Virus genome (UHGV): UHGV-1353888
DNA: 64,000 nucleotides
Direction: 5' to 3' (one strand)
DNA from: a virus
Shown here: positions 1 to 10,190 of the stretch, in pieces
Layout of the letters: the number at the start of each line of letters is the position of its first letter
Position numbering within the stretch: the stretch's first letter is position 1
Translations under genes and position numbers: made by a program
Notes under the pieces: model-generated
Databases searched by the model: none
The model's input: the letters and a program-made list of their open reading frames with translations, nothing else
Told to the model about the DNA's origin: nothing

Positions 1-242
1 ACACCCATTTCCTTTTTGCGTGCTTCTCCTGCTATACTCCCTTCAATCTTTCCGAAATAGACCAGACGAAACTGTGTTGCCCAATATGCGGAGACGAAGT
101 AGACTACAAGCAAGACCCTGGGGATGTCGTAGAATATAAAACCCCGCTCACATGCTTCGAGCAGGACCCTCCCATATCCACTAGGGTAACTTACCAGTGC
201 CCCCATTGCCAAGCTCCTTTATCTGAACTACCCAAACTCTAA
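1..242 (+). CDS. 3' end of a cysteine-rich (zinc-ribbon-like) protein; start lies outside the window
   Basis: Phase-3 frame is open from position 3 to the TAA at 240-242. C-terminal Cys pairs CPICGDE...CPHCQAP. Confidence 0.4.
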   Translation, partial: THFLFACFSCYTPFNLSEIDQTKLCCPICGDEVDYKQDPGDVVEYKTPLTCFEQDPPISTRVTYQCPHCQAPLSELPKL

Positions 243-263
243 CAAACCAAACAGAACAAAACA

Positions 264-563
264 ATGTTGCCAGAAATCAGCCCGCTCGAATTGCAAATCC
301 AGACGATGACTTCCGAACTGGAACGTCTCCCTCAAGACAAGTCTATTTGGTCCCTCACCCCTACAGGTAAAGGAGGACAGCTTGCTCTTGACTTGAAGCT
401 TAAAGTAAACGAGAACCAGTACCTGGATGCCAGCAGGGTATATGAGATGGACGAAATTCCCACCGCAAACGAAAGCATCAAGCGCATTGTGGATGCTTAC
501 CTACTCAATATTTCTCTCCTGGATTATCAAAAGGATTTCCTCAAATCAGCAGAAGTAGAATAG
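264..563 (+). CDS. hypothetical protein (99 aa)
   Basis: ATG-initiated ORF in the co-directional gene string upstream of the polymerase. No recognisable motif. Confidence 0.45.
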   Translation: MLPEISPLELQIQTMTSELERLPQDKSIWSLTPTGKGGQLALDLKLKVNENQYLDASRVYEMDEIPTANESIKRIVDAYLLNISLLDYQKDFLKSAEVE

Positions 564-649
564 CATGCAAGGTATTAACCTCTTCTTTTATATCCTTTGT
601 TCAATCCTCTGTTTAGTCATATTCGTTTTCGCCCTATTCATAGAACATA

Positions 650-2539
650 ATGACGACCCCTACGCCTAACACTACACCTAAGCCAACAAGGAATAGCCTG
701 ACTCCACGCAAGGTAGCCGATTGCCATGAACTTAATGGTGATACGATTGCTATTGACTTTGAAACGTATTACGACAAAGACTATAGCTTGAAGAAGACCT
801 GCTACCATCATTACTGCAATGACCCCCGGTTTGATGCGTACATTATGTCCGCGGCGACCGACGAGGAAGTATGGGTGGGACACCCGAGGGATTTCGACTG
901 GGAAGTAACGAGGGGTAAGACCGTCATCTCCCATAACGCCGCATTTGACCGGACGGTATACGAGATTGGTTTGAAAGCCCCCGGAGACTGGCCTATGCGT
1001 AGCTGGATGTGTTCGATGGCCGCGTGCAACTACTTGAACATCCGTGGCAACCTTGCACAGATTTCTTGGAAGCTCCTGAATATCTCCATGAGTAAAGAAG
1101 TTCGTGAAGCCGCACAGGGTGTAGACTTTAGCAAGATGGAAGAAATCCCGGAGGACATGATAAACTACGTGGCCTTCGATAGTATTTCCTGTCTTGCCGT
1201 CTGGTATGCCATTGAAAAGTATTGGCCCTCTGATGAAAGATACCTGTGGAGTCAGACGGTGGACATGGGCGTAAGGGGCATTCCCACCAACAAGAAATGG
1301 CTCCAGGCCGCATTGAAGCGTTTGGAGGAGAGGGTGGCCTATCACGAAAGCCAGATTCCATTACAGAAAACACAATCCAGAAACGAGCTCATTGCCTATT
1401 GCAAAGCCAACGGAATCGAACCCCCCACCACTACCGCAAAAACCAATCCCCTGTGGGAGAAGTGGCTGGATGAATGGGGCCAGAGTGTCCCCTGGATTCG
1501 GCATCTGGCTTTACAGCGTTCAGCCAATCGTGTCCGTTCTATTTTCTCCACTGCTCTGGAACGACTCTATACCGACGAGAATGGCGTAGACCGGGTTCCC
1601 TTCACCCTTCGTTATATGGGGGCTGGAACAGGAAGGTGGTGTGCGGGAGGAGATGGCCTGAACTTACAACAGTTTAACAGAGAACGAGTTGAGGGAATTA
1701 ACACCCGTCACATGATTCAAGCAGGTAAAGGATTCCGTCTTGTCGTAGCCGACTTCGCCGCCGTTGAGGTACGAGTAGTTATGTGGCTATCAGGTCAGAC
1801 GGAGATTTTCGATTACTTAAAGCAAACCCCTGACCTCTATGAAGCTTTTGCACGATTCCTTGGGCAGATGCCAGCAGGTGCCAAGACGCTAAAAGGATGG
1901 TGTGAAGAAAACCATAGTCCCCTTCGACACCAGATTAAATCTCAGGTTTTGGGGGCGGGCTTCTGCTTGGGCCATAAAGGACTTCACAAGAACAACCCCA
2001 ACATCCCTCTTGAACGGTGCAAGGAACTGATTGATGGTTTCCGTGCGAAGTGTCCCAAAGTGGTAGCTATGTGGCATAATCTAGAACGAATCATGAAGCG
2101 AGGTATTGCGTCCCCCAACCGTTGCTTTGCTTTGACTCTCCCCTCCGGGCGAAAGGTTTGGTATCGAGACATCCACCGTGAACTGATTACACCGAAGGAC
2201 AAAGATAAAAAACCTTTCACCGCATGGGTTGCAAGCACTCCTGATGATAACGGAAAACCAGGGAACGTAATCCTCTCGGTTGCCCTACTCACCAATAACA
2301 TCGTTCAGGCTACCGCCCGCGACCTCATGAAGAACGCTATTGTGAAGGCTGGGATTCAGGGGGAGAACTTCGAACTCGTTCTTCCGGTGCATGACGAACT
2401 GGTTGTACGATGCCGGAAGGAGGATGCCCCCGCTGTGGAGAAAGCCTTGTCCAAATTCATGACGGAACAACCTTCCTGGGCTTCAACCCTGGAGCTTTCT
2501 GCACCTCCTTCTACCTTCTATAACTACACAAAGGATTAA
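650..2539 (+). CDS. family-A DNA polymerase with N-terminal 3'-5' proofreading exonuclease
   Basis: Exonuclease motifs IAIDFETYY, HNAAFD, YVAFD. Polymerase motif A DFAAVEVR, motif B RHQIKSQVLGAGFCLG (R-x3-K...F-x-x-G, Taq-like F), motif C PVHDELVV. Confidence 0.85.
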   Translation: MTTPTPNTTPKPTRNSLTPRKVADCHELNGDTIAIDFETYYDKDYSLKKTCYHHYCNDPRFDAYIMSAATDEEVWVGHPRDFDWEVTRGKTVISHNAAFDRTVYEIGLKAPGDWPMRSWMCSMAACNYLNIRGNLAQISWKLLNISMSKEVREAAQGVDFSKMEEIPEDMINYVAFDSISCLAVWYAIEKYWPSDERYLWSQTVDMGVRGIPTNKKWLQAALKRLEERVAYHESQIPLQKTQSRNELIAYCKANGIEPPTTTAKTNPLWEKWLDEWGQSVPWIRHLALQRSANRVRSIFSTALERLYTDENGVDRVPFTLRYMGAGTGRWCAGGDGLNLQQFNRERVEGINTRHMIQAGKGFRLVVADFAAVEVRVVMWLSGQTEIFDYLKQTPDLYEAFARFLGQMPAGAKTLKGWCEENHSPLRHQIKSQVLGAGFCLGHKGLHKNNPNIPLERCKELIDGFRAKCPKVVAMWHNLERIMKRGIASPNRCFALTLPSGRKVWYRDIHRELITPKDKDKKPFTAWVASTPDDNGKPGNVILSVALLTNNIVQATARDLMKNAIVKAGIQGENFELVLPVHDELVVRCRKEDAPAVEKALSKFMTEQPSWASTLELSAPPSTFYNYTKD

Positions 2540-2542
2540 CCC

Positions 2543-3274
2543 ATGCAAGAAGAAATCTGGAAAAAGATTGAAGGATACCCTCACTACAGCGTCTCAAACA
2601 AAGGACGTGTTCGGAATGATACTAGAGATAAGTTACTCCAACTCGTAAGGCATCGTTGTGGTTATATAGTCGCTCGATTGAATAGAGAAGGAGTACAAAA
2701 GACCCATTATATTCATCGACTTGTGGCTATGGCTTATATTCCTAACCCCCTCAATAAATTCGAAGTTAATCACATAAATGAGGATAAGACTGATAACCGA
2801 GTAAGTAATTTAGAATGGGTAACTCGGTCTGAAAATATATTACACGGGACAAGGAATTTACGGGTTTCCCAAGCATTGACAAACCACCCCAATATTAGTA
2901 AACCAATCCTACAGTTCAACCAAAGAGGAGAATTATTAGAAGAGTATCCCAGTAGTAGGGAAGCTTCCCGAACCACCAAAATAAGCTGGAAATATATTTC
3001 ATCTTGTTGCCTCGGTAAGATAAAGACGGCAGGAGGTTACATTTGGAAATACAAAGAAGATATGGAGTTAGGGCCTCCTGAATCCGTAATTCCACCATTA
3101 ACCATTATATCCAAATACAGTAGAGATGGACAACTACTGTGGATATATTCCTCAATATATGAAGCCGCAGAGGATGTGGGAACTACAGCAACACATATCT
3201 CCGGATGTATACTCGGAAAAAGGAAATCTGCCGGAGGATACCTCTGGAAAAGAGATACAGTACAATCACTATGA
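2543..3274 (+). CDS. HNH homing endonuclease (NUMOD4-like N-terminus, HNH core, C-terminal NUMOD-like repeats)
   Basis: WKKIEGYPHYSVSNKGRVRN, then VNHINEDKTDNRVSNLEWVTRSENI. Duplicated GGYIWKYKE / GGYLWKR modules. Immediately 3' of the polymerase. Confidence 0.8.
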   Translation: MQEEIWKKIEGYPHYSVSNKGRVRNDTRDKLLQLVRHRCGYIVARLNREGVQKTHYIHRLVAMAYIPNPLNKFEVNHINEDKTDNRVSNLEWVTRSENILHGTRNLRVSQALTNHPNISKPILQFNQRGELLEEYPSSREASRTTKISWKYISSCCLGKIKTAGGYIWKYKEDMELGPPESVIPPLTIISKYSRDGQLLWIYSSIYEAAEDVGTTATHISGCILGKRKSAGGYLWKRDTVQSL

Positions 3275-3558
3275 ATCAACGAAAGAAACTTCAAAAAGAA
3301 CTTACAGCCAATAGGATTTCAATGCGCCACCTGAGACGGTTGGCGTATAGTCTTGAAGCCAAGGGAGATTTAACCGCTACGCAGTGCATCATTGTCAACA
3401 ACAAGATTCCCCTTTTCTTCAATTTCTCTCCTTCCATTCCCATCAACTTCAAACCCATCTACCCCTTCATTTACAATCACGCTTATTGGATGAAGGACAA
3501 AAAGGACTGGGCTTTGACCTGCTACGAAGACGATAGTTATGCTTACACCGTATCCTAA
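3271..3558 (+). CDS. hypothetical small protein (95 aa)
   Basis: Its ATG overlaps the HNH gene's TGA (ATGA). The track's longer ORF 3205-3558 trimmed to this start. Overlaps the helicase start by 20 nt. Confidence 0.35.
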   Translation: MNQRKKLQKELTANRISMRHLRRLAYSLEAKGDLTATQCIIVNNKIPLFFNFSPSIPINFKPIYPFIYNHAYWMKDKKDWALTCYEDDSYAYTVS

Positions 3559-4891
3559 GCAAGTTGAGGCCATCAATAAGATGGTTGAGATTATCCGTAA
3601 TCGTCGCTTCGTGTTGAATTGCAGTGGATTAGGCTCAGGTAAAACTCTCCAGGCTATCGAGACCGCACGTATCCTCAAACTTACACCCTTGGTAGTAGCA
3701 CCCAAGTCCACTCTCACTTCATGGGAACGAACCCTCGACGAGCAGGGGGTGGACTACTACGACATTCTGTCGTGGGAGAAAATGAGACGCGGGGATACGA
3801 AGTGGTATAAGAAAGTCAACCAGAAAAGTCGGAACGGAAAGTGGAACCTTCCTAAGAATGCCCTGCTGATACTTGATGAAGTGCACAAAGCAAAAGCAGG
3901 TTCTCTCTCTCAGCAAGGGAGGATGGTGATTCATGCGGCCATGCAGAACATTCCCATCCTGGCCATGTCAGGGACCCCATTCGTCAATCCCCTGGATATG
4001 GAATTCATCGCTATCGCCACCAAGCAGATACGGGATTCCTTTTCCTTCCGTCGCTGGTGCAAGCAACATGGGTGCACTCAGAACTGGTTCAACGCTTGGG
4101 AATTCAACCCCAGGACACCAGGAGGGGAGAAGGGATTGAAGGACATCAGGGAACTTCTCTACGGGAAGAGTCCCACCGCTGTTCAGATTACTCGCCAAGA
4201 CTTGAAGGAGTTCTTCACGGACTCAACGCTCTCAGAGGTCTTGGTGGACTTTGATGCCAAGGTGCTCAAGAAAATGAAGGAGCTTGAGAAGTTCGTTCTG
4301 AAACAGGACCAGCAACGAATGGAAGACTTGGAAAGGGATGAAGCCAAGGTTAGGGAGGCCCTCGCCAAAGGAAAGGAAGCGAACGTTTCTTCCACTCTAC
4401 GGGAAATCCTTCGAGTTCGACAGGAGATTGAACTCCTGAAAACCCCCGTCATGTCAGAGTATATCCAGAATCTTCTTGACGAAAACAAGAGTGTCGTGGT
4501 ATTCGTTTCATTCAAGGAAACAATCAATGCCCTGCTCGAAGCATTCAAGGAAGTTCCGAGCGTAGTAATCGACGGTTCTGTAACCGGGAAAGACAGGCAA
4601 AGGGCTATTGACCAGTTTCAGGCTGATGAAGCTCACCTTGCCTTCGTTAACTTCCAGGCGGGAGGTGCAGGTATTTCCCTGCATGACACCCGTGGAGAAA
4701 GGCCCCGTGCTTCCGTCCTGAATACCACGTTCAGCATTACAGATACGCTCCAAGCTCTCGGACGAATTGACCGAGCCGGAGCTAAGAGCAATACCGAACA
4801 GTATGTTCTAGTTGCCGCAGGCACCTACGAAGAAGAGGTATTCAAATCAGTGAAGGATAAACATTACTCTATGACTCAAGCAGTTTTATGA
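3539..4891 (+). CDS. SNF2/Rad54-type SF2 DNA helicase/translocase
   Basis: Motif I GLGSGKT, motif II LILDEVHKAK, motif III MSGTPFVN. C-terminal domain QAGGAGISLHD and QALGRIDRAG (motif VI). Confidence 0.8.
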   Translation: MLTPYPKQVEAINKMVEIIRNRRFVLNCSGLGSGKTLQAIETARILKLTPLVVAPKSTLTSWERTLDEQGVDYYDILSWEKMRRGDTKWYKKVNQKSRNGKWNLPKNALLILDEVHKAKAGSLSQQGRMVIHAAMQNIPILAMSGTPFVNPLDMEFIAIATKQIRDSFSFRRWCKQHGCTQNWFNAWEFNPRTPGGEKGLKDIRELLYGKSPTAVQITRQDLKEFFTDSTLSEVLVDFDAKVLKKMKELEKFVLKQDQQRMEDLERDEAKVREALAKGKEANVSSTLREILRVRQEIELLKTPVMSEYIQNLLDENKSVVVFVSFKETINALLEAFKEVPSVVIDGSVTGKDRQRAIDQFQADEAHLAFVNFQAGGAGISLHDTRGERPRASVLNTTFSITDTLQALGRIDRAGAKSNTEQYVLVAAGTYEEEVFKSVKDKHYSMTQAVL

Positions 4892-6120
4892 AAGAACCAA
4901 TCGAAACAGAAGTTGACGGACACAGTAAGTACAGTCCCTCTTCCATAGCCAGTTATGCAACATGTCCAGGCTATTCCCCAAAAGAGAAGGAAGAAGTTAA
5001 TGACGAAGAACCAACTGAGATGGACCCCGCGAGCGTAGGCTCTCGAATCCACGAAGCTCTGGAAAAAGATGACCCTTCAATTCTTCTTTCCAGTCAGGAA
5101 CACTGGATGTACAACAAGTGTAAATCTGAAATGGAAGAGCTCATTATCTTGTTCTCCAAGGTGTGTGACGTTAAACCAGAAGAGATTGAGGTAATACCTG
5201 AACACAAGTTCCCCGGAGTATCTATGCCACTTGTTGGTATCCAGACCGGAACCACTGACGTTCTTCTCAGGTGTGGGGAAGCCAGCCTCATTGCTGACTA
5301 TAAGACAGGTATGATTGAAGTGGGGCATCCCAAGACTAACAGTCAAACCGCGGTCTATTCCCTGTATGAATTCAGTGAGCGTCCGGAATGTAACATGATT
5401 ATCGTCGCCACTATTCAACCCCAATCAGAGCAGTGTACGAAGGTAGCCATGATTCTCCGGAACAAGGAAGATAAAGACATCTACACTGTACCGGACATCC
5501 CGATGTATGAGAACGGGGATATGAGTGATATATCCCTGCTCTATGCTTCCACCATAGAAAGGGCTGAAAAATTAATAGCCCATACCTCTGAATACCGTGT
5601 AAGTCCTGATGTTTGCATTCATTGTAGACGACTTCCCGTTTGTCCGAATATTGCCAAGTTGACTTCTCGATTCGGAAAAGAAATTCTCCATCTTGAAGAA
5701 GACGACAAGCTTATTGTAGATATGAATGAAGCTATTGACTCTCCTGAAAACATTGGAAGGTTAATGAGCTTCTATAAAATTGCCCTTGAAAGCGAGAAAG
5801 AGATTAAGAAAATTGCACGAGGGCTCTTCAACATGAATGTGGAAATCCCCGGATGGAAAGCATCCAAGGGAGCTAGGACCATAAGTGTTGACAAGGAGAG
5901 GTTTAAAGAGTACGCCCGAAACCGATTAGAGGATTCTGAGATTGTTGAAATCCTGGGTTCCCTTCCTGTAGGAAAGATTCTCAATGCTATTATTGATAAG
6001 TTTGACTCGGACATGGAGAAGGACGAACGGAATGAAATTAAGGACACTATGATTTCCGACCTCGAAGATTCCGGAGTAGTGAGAGGAGTAAATACTGGAG
6101 TTCGAATTATTCGTTCTTGA
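4888..6120 (+). CDS. Cas4/RecB-like PD-(D/E)XK exonuclease with Fe-S cysteine cluster, plus a ~170-aa C-terminal extension
   Basis: Core D...E-x-K (DVLLRCGEASLIADYKTG). N-terminal Cys (ATCPG) plus C-x2-C-x5-C (CIHCRRLPVCP). ATGA overlap with the helicase. Confidence 0.6.
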   Translation: MKEPIETEVDGHSKYSPSSIASYATCPGYSPKEKEEVNDEEPTEMDPASVGSRIHEALEKDDPSILLSSQEHWMYNKCKSEMEELIILFSKVCDVKPEEIEVIPEHKFPGVSMPLVGIQTGTTDVLLRCGEASLIADYKTGMIEVGHPKTNSQTAVYSLYEFSERPECNMIIVATIQPQSEQCTKVAMILRNKEDKDIYTVPDIPMYENGDMSDISLLYASTIERAEKLIAHTSEYRVSPDVCIHCRRLPVCPNIAKLTSRFGKEILHLEEDDKLIVDMNEAIDSPENIGRLMSFYKIALESEKEIKKIARGLFNMNVEIPGWKASKGARTISVDKERFKEYARNRLEDSEIVEILGSLPVGKILNAIIDKFDSDMEKDERNEIKDTMISDLEDSGVVRGVNTGVRIIRS

Positions 6121-6309
6121 CATCCAGAAAAACATATAGTATAAGAATCTCACCACAGCCCCTCCACCTCTGCCCACGTAACTAATAGAAACTCGCATGT
6201 GTAAATGAGGGGCTTATTTCCCCGCTACGTCCTTTCTCGCCTCTGATTCAAGCGCATCTAGAGAGGACATCAAAACAAAAAGAACCAACCAAAAACAAAA
6301 CAGAACATT

Positions 6310-7053
6310 ATGGCTAAGATTGAAGAACCCGAAATTGTTGATACCGAAGTCAATTGCGAACTGACCCCTGAACCCTGCGAACTTGCCACCACGGGCACCG
6401 ACACCAAGCTCCCTGCTTTTGAAGGGGAGATTACCGCCCAGGACGTTCGTCTTGAAAAACTGAAACTGTTCCATCCTCTCAGCGGTGAAGCTGGCCAGGG
6501 TATCGGCAAGATGGGTCAGGCCCTTTTCTCCAACGTTGTCGTTGCTGATGAAAATACCCCGGTATCTACCATCATTCTTTCTTTTGTAAAGACCTACGTA
6601 GAACGCCTCCCCTATGGTGTCGAAGAACGTCCTCGCATCTACAAGACTCAGAAGGACTATGTGGCTGATGGCCTCACCTTCAAGGATGTTGACGAGACCG
6701 CTAAAATGAGTGTTCTTATCCGTAAGCCTGAGAAACCTCTCGACCAGACTTCCGAAGATGACATGGACTTCCTGTTCAACATCGACCTCGCTGGTGAGAA
6801 GTGGGCATTGGGATACATGTACGTCCGAGGCGTGGCCTTCAAGGAAGCCATCACGCCGATTACTTCCTTCATTGCCCATAAGGGTTTTGAGAATGGGTTC
6901 CGTCCGTACCGTGTTAACTGGACTCCCGTAATTTGCTCAAGAAAGGCTAGTCCCAATACGAAGTACGCGAAGTGGAAAACCTCCATTACCCGCGGCAGTG
7001 AAGGTCAACTTGATGAAGTCCTGGCACTTCCTTTTGCTGATGCTCTCGCTTAA
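6310..7053 (+). CDS. hypothetical protein (247 aa). Its position between nuclease and resolvase suggests an ssDNA-binding or annealing role, but this is context only
   Basis: Clean ATG ORF with an acidic N-terminus. No diagnostic motif recognised. Confidence 0.5.
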   Translation: MAKIEEPEIVDTEVNCELTPEPCELATTGTDTKLPAFEGEITAQDVRLEKLKLFHPLSGEAGQGIGKMGQALFSNVVVADENTPVSTIILSFVKTYVERLPYGVEERPRIYKTQKDYVADGLTFKDVDETAKMSVLIRKPEKPLDQTSEDDMDFLFNIDLAGEKWALGYMYVRGVAFKEAITPITSFIAHKGFENGFRPYRVNWTPVICSRKASPNTKYAKWKTSITRGSEGQLDEVLALPFADALA

Positions 7054-7074
7054 AATCCTTGACTAACCGAGGTC

Positions 7075-7112
7075 TCTAACTGTAAACTGTGAACACGATT
7101 AAGAACGTGTTC
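7075..7112 (+). terminator. hairpin: 13-bp perfect stem AACTGTGAACACG/CGTGTTCACAGTT, 8-nt loop, weak T tract. Could also be a palindromic operator
   Basis: Inverted repeat read directly at 7075-7087 and 7096-7108, followed by TTTTACTTTAT. Confidence 0.5.
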
Positions 7113-7132
7113 ACAGTTTTACTTTATACCCC

Positions 7133-7693
7133 ATGACAAAAAAACTTACTAAAAGAATCGTCGCATGCGACCCCGGTAAAAGCGGAGGTCTCGTTCTCCT
7201 TTCCCCCAGCAATACGACGGTTTACTATGCCGCGATGCCAGAAGACTTGAACCATGTACTCAAGTTTTTTAACATCGTGGATAAACCAAAGAATGCGGTA
7301 TATTGGTATGAATACCTTACTTTCGCCCAACAGGCCAGGGGCAAGGATGGAGAAGTACTCAGGTTCTCTAATCCCCGTGCCATGGGTATACTCGGTAAGA
7401 ATTCTGGTCACATTGAAGGTATCGCAAAGGCAAAGGGTTTTGATGTTAAGTCCGTTGTACCTCAACGATGGATGGCCGAGATTGGAGCGCACGAAGCGGG
7501 CATTACGTACTTAGAGAAAACTAAGTGGAAGAATAATCTCAAATCAATTGCACAGCGCGAATTCCCCAAGGCTAAGGTAACGCTCAAGATTGCTGACGCT
7601 TTGCTGATTGCTCTCTACGCTTGCCGAACGGAACTTAATGACCCAACATATAGTCTTACCGATTGGGAATGTGTTAAAGTAATTTTCGATTAA
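7133..7693 (+). CDS. RuvC-like Holliday junction resolvase
   Basis: N-terminal IVACDPGKSGGLVLL (catalytic Asp). C-terminal IADALLIALYA (RuvC DAADAL-like). Confidence 0.7.
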   Translation: MTKKLTKRIVACDPGKSGGLVLLSPSNTTVYYAAMPEDLNHVLKFFNIVDKPKNAVYWYEYLTFAQQARGKDGEVLRFSNPRAMGILGKNSGHIEGIAKAKGFDVKSVVPQRWMAEIGAHEAGITYLEKTKWKNNLKSIAQREFPKAKVTLKIADALLIALYACRTELNDPTYSLTDWECVKVIFD

Positions 7694-7695
7694 TC

Positions 7696-9519
7696 ATGGC
7701 TCGCACATTCACCAAGTATGGTCTCTCCTGGCCTATTGGAACGAGTGCAGTAGATATTGAACTGTACTGTTTCAAGTACGACCACCCCACGGAAAAGGGA
7801 GGACTCAACCGATATGGCCACGCAAAGAATGCGATTGACCTGCTCTGGAATTACCAGGACTCCCCTACTCCAATCATATGGAACCCTTGGCTTGAGATGG
7901 GCCTAGAGGCATGTTGTAAAAACGATGTGTGCATCATGGGGGGTGGTTCCTCCTGTGGGAAGAGCATGATGATGGCTATTATGGCCCTATTGTTCTACCT
8001 TGCGGACCCAGTAAATACCTTATGCCTCGTTACCTCCACAACCATTGATGGCGCGAAACAGCGTATCTTCAAGGATATTAAACGATTTTGGAGAACATCC
8101 TTTCCAGGCAAGCTGGTAGATGGCAGGGGACAGATTAAAGGCATCAACGAAGAAGGTCTTCTGGACGATTCCCGCGGTATCAAGATTGTCCCCTGCGCGA
8201 ACATTGGCGACCCGAGCTCCAGGTTCATTGGTATCAAGGCAAAGAACATGCACGTATTTTATGACGAGCTTTCCGAACTTCCGATTGAACTTGTAGATGT
8301 CTGGCGAAGCAACCTTCGAACCAACGCCGTTGATACTCCCCCGACTCTTATGGCCGCCTCCAACCCGAAGAGCAAGATGGACGCTTTTGGCCTTCTGGCA
8401 AAACCACGACTTGGGTGGAACAGCTTAGACATCACGGAGGTAGATACGTGGGAAACTACTGATGGCATTTATGTCAGGTTTGATAACACTAAGAACCCCC
8501 GTATTTCTCTTGGACGTGAAGACTGGTCTTGGTTTACAGATTACCAAACTATTCAGGATGCAATTGATACCTACGGGGAGAACTCTCCCCAGGTTCTCCG
8601 ATTCTACAAAGCGACCTTTTCGGACGATGTGGAAGAAGGGTGCCTAATCTCCGAGAATGAGATTATCGCCGCGGCATGCGACACTCGCCCCATTTGGGGT
8701 TCGGAAGAGCCTGTGAAGATTGCGGCTATGGACCCTGCCTACACCAACGGCGGGGACTTGACTGTTCTTAAAACAGCCTTCGTTGGTCTCACGATTGAGG
8801 GGAATCTCGCCCTCTGCCAGGACAGAACGGTCGTACTCAAGGCTCCGAGCGCAAAGTCCTCTACGATGAACAAGAAGGACCGGAGCTTTGTAATCGCAAG
8901 ACAGGTAAAGGAAATCCTGGAAGAAGAAGGTATCCCTGCTGAGAACTTCATTGTGGACATTACTGGTGGGGTTAGCTTCGGGGACGTGCTCAGTTCTTTC
9001 ATTGATTCGGATTTCATCTCTCTATCCTATGCTGGCAAGGCTTCGACCGCGGCCATATCAGCGAAGGATTCCGCAAGGGCCTGTGACGTTTACCACAACA
9101 AGGTATCCGAACTTTGGGGTTCCATGCAACAGGCTATCAAGGCGCGTCAGCTTTTTGGTCTTGACCCAACTACCATCAACGAGATTAAATCTCGAAAGTA
9201 CACCCTCGTTGGTAACAGGATTAAGATGGAAGAGAAGGCTGATATGAGAAAGAGGCTTCGAAAGAGTCCGGATAACGCTGATACGGTAGCCATGCTTTGC
9301 ATGCTTGCCCGCCGTAAGTTCCCAGCACTATTCGGGAAGATTGCAAGGAGGAGCTACACCCCTACGCCTACGGTGGAAAGCCAAGTTGAAGTGAATAGCA
9401 ATGGGGTTAAAGTAATCCGAGGACCCTATCTCAAAGCCTACCTAAAAGATGTAGAGGTAGTTCCGGATAAAAGAGACTGGCGGGATGAAGCCCTACGTTT
9501 AAGAAATTTAAAACTCTAA
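7696..9519 (+). CDS. terminase large subunit
   Basis: 607 aa. Walker A GGGSSCGKSMM, Walker B HVFYDELSE. First gene of the morphogenesis string. Confidence 0.8.
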   Translation: MARTFTKYGLSWPIGTSAVDIELYCFKYDHPTEKGGLNRYGHAKNAIDLLWNYQDSPTPIIWNPWLEMGLEACCKNDVCIMGGGSSCGKSMMMAIMALLFYLADPVNTLCLVTSTTIDGAKQRIFKDIKRFWRTSFPGKLVDGRGQIKGINEEGLLDDSRGIKIVPCANIGDPSSRFIGIKAKNMHVFYDELSELPIELVDVWRSNLRTNAVDTPPTLMAASNPKSKMDAFGLLAKPRLGWNSLDITEVDTWETTDGIYVRFDNTKNPRISLGREDWSWFTDYQTIQDAIDTYGENSPQVLRFYKATFSDDVEEGCLISENEIIAAACDTRPIWGSEEPVKIAAMDPAYTNGGDLTVLKTAFVGLTIEGNLALCQDRTVVLKAPSAKSSTMNKKDRSFVIARQVKEILEEEGIPAENFIVDITGGVSFGDVLSSFIDSDFISLSYAGKASTAAISAKDSARACDVYHNKVSELWGSMQQAIKARQLFGLDPTTINEIKSRKYTLVGNRIKMEEKADMRKRLRKSPDNADTVAMLCMLARRKFPALFGKIARRSYTPTPTVESQVEVNSNGVKVIRGPYLKAYLKDVEVVPDKRDWRDEALRLRNLKL

Positions 9520-9521
9520 TC

Positions 9522-10181
9522 ATGAACATACAAGACGCAAAGAACACGACTACTCTTCAATCAGAAAGGACCAGCAAAATGGAAAGGCTGGCTCAGAAGG
9601 CGGTAGCTTTCTACAGGAATGGTGCCCCCATGGATGTCATCGAAAAGGTGACTGGCCTTAAAGGGAAAGACCTTGACAATATCCTTTCGGAAGTTGAGCT
9701 TACTCCTGATGAACTGAGGGTGAGAGACGAGCTGGCCATGGCCTATCTCTCTAACACCACCAGCAGGATTCAGAAAAGGAGGGACGAAATCTCAAAGGAG
9801 AAGTCCCGAATTCTGGAAGCAATCTCCGGGAAGGCATCCAACCTTTTGACGAGCGGTGTGTCCAAGCTACTGAACTTTGTAGAGGATGTTGAACTCTTCG
9901 ATATGAAGGATGCCGAGAAGCTTATACATGTCCTCGAAAAGGTGAATGGACTGACAGATAAGCTCCATGAAGGACTTATCAGAGCGGACCAGAATATCCT
10001 CAGTGACATTGTTGAGAGTATCCGAATTGAACAGACGGATACCACACGCCAGATGATTCTGGACGATACTGATGAAGATGGAAGGGTTCTGCTTGATGGA
10101 GATGGCAGGAGGAAAAAGACCCGCGTCGTAGAAGAAGAAAGTGTTCAACGAGTGGTCGGCGTAAACGTTAAACCACTTTAA
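9522..10181 (+). CDS. hypothetical coiled-coil protein (219 aa)
   Basis: ATG 2 nt after the terminase stop. Charged, helical composition. Confidence 0.55.
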   Translation: MNIQDAKNTTTLQSERTSKMERLAQKAVAFYRNGAPMDVIEKVTGLKGKDLDNILSEVELTPDELRVRDELAMAYLSNTTSRIQKRRDEISKEKSRILEAISGKASNLLTSGVSKLLNFVEDVELFDMKDAEKLIHVLEKVNGLTDKLHEGLIRADQNILSDIVESIRIEQTDTTRQMILDDTDEDGRVLLDGDGRRKKTRVVEEESVQRVVGVNVKPL

Positions 10182-10190
10182 CAGGAGAAG

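Noticed and set aside
6121-6309. 189-bp gap before 6310 examined for a tRNA or small RNA
   Set aside because: Only a 4-bp GGGG/CCCC hairpin is present, with no cloverleaf-compatible stems. The region is the A-rich leader of the next gene.
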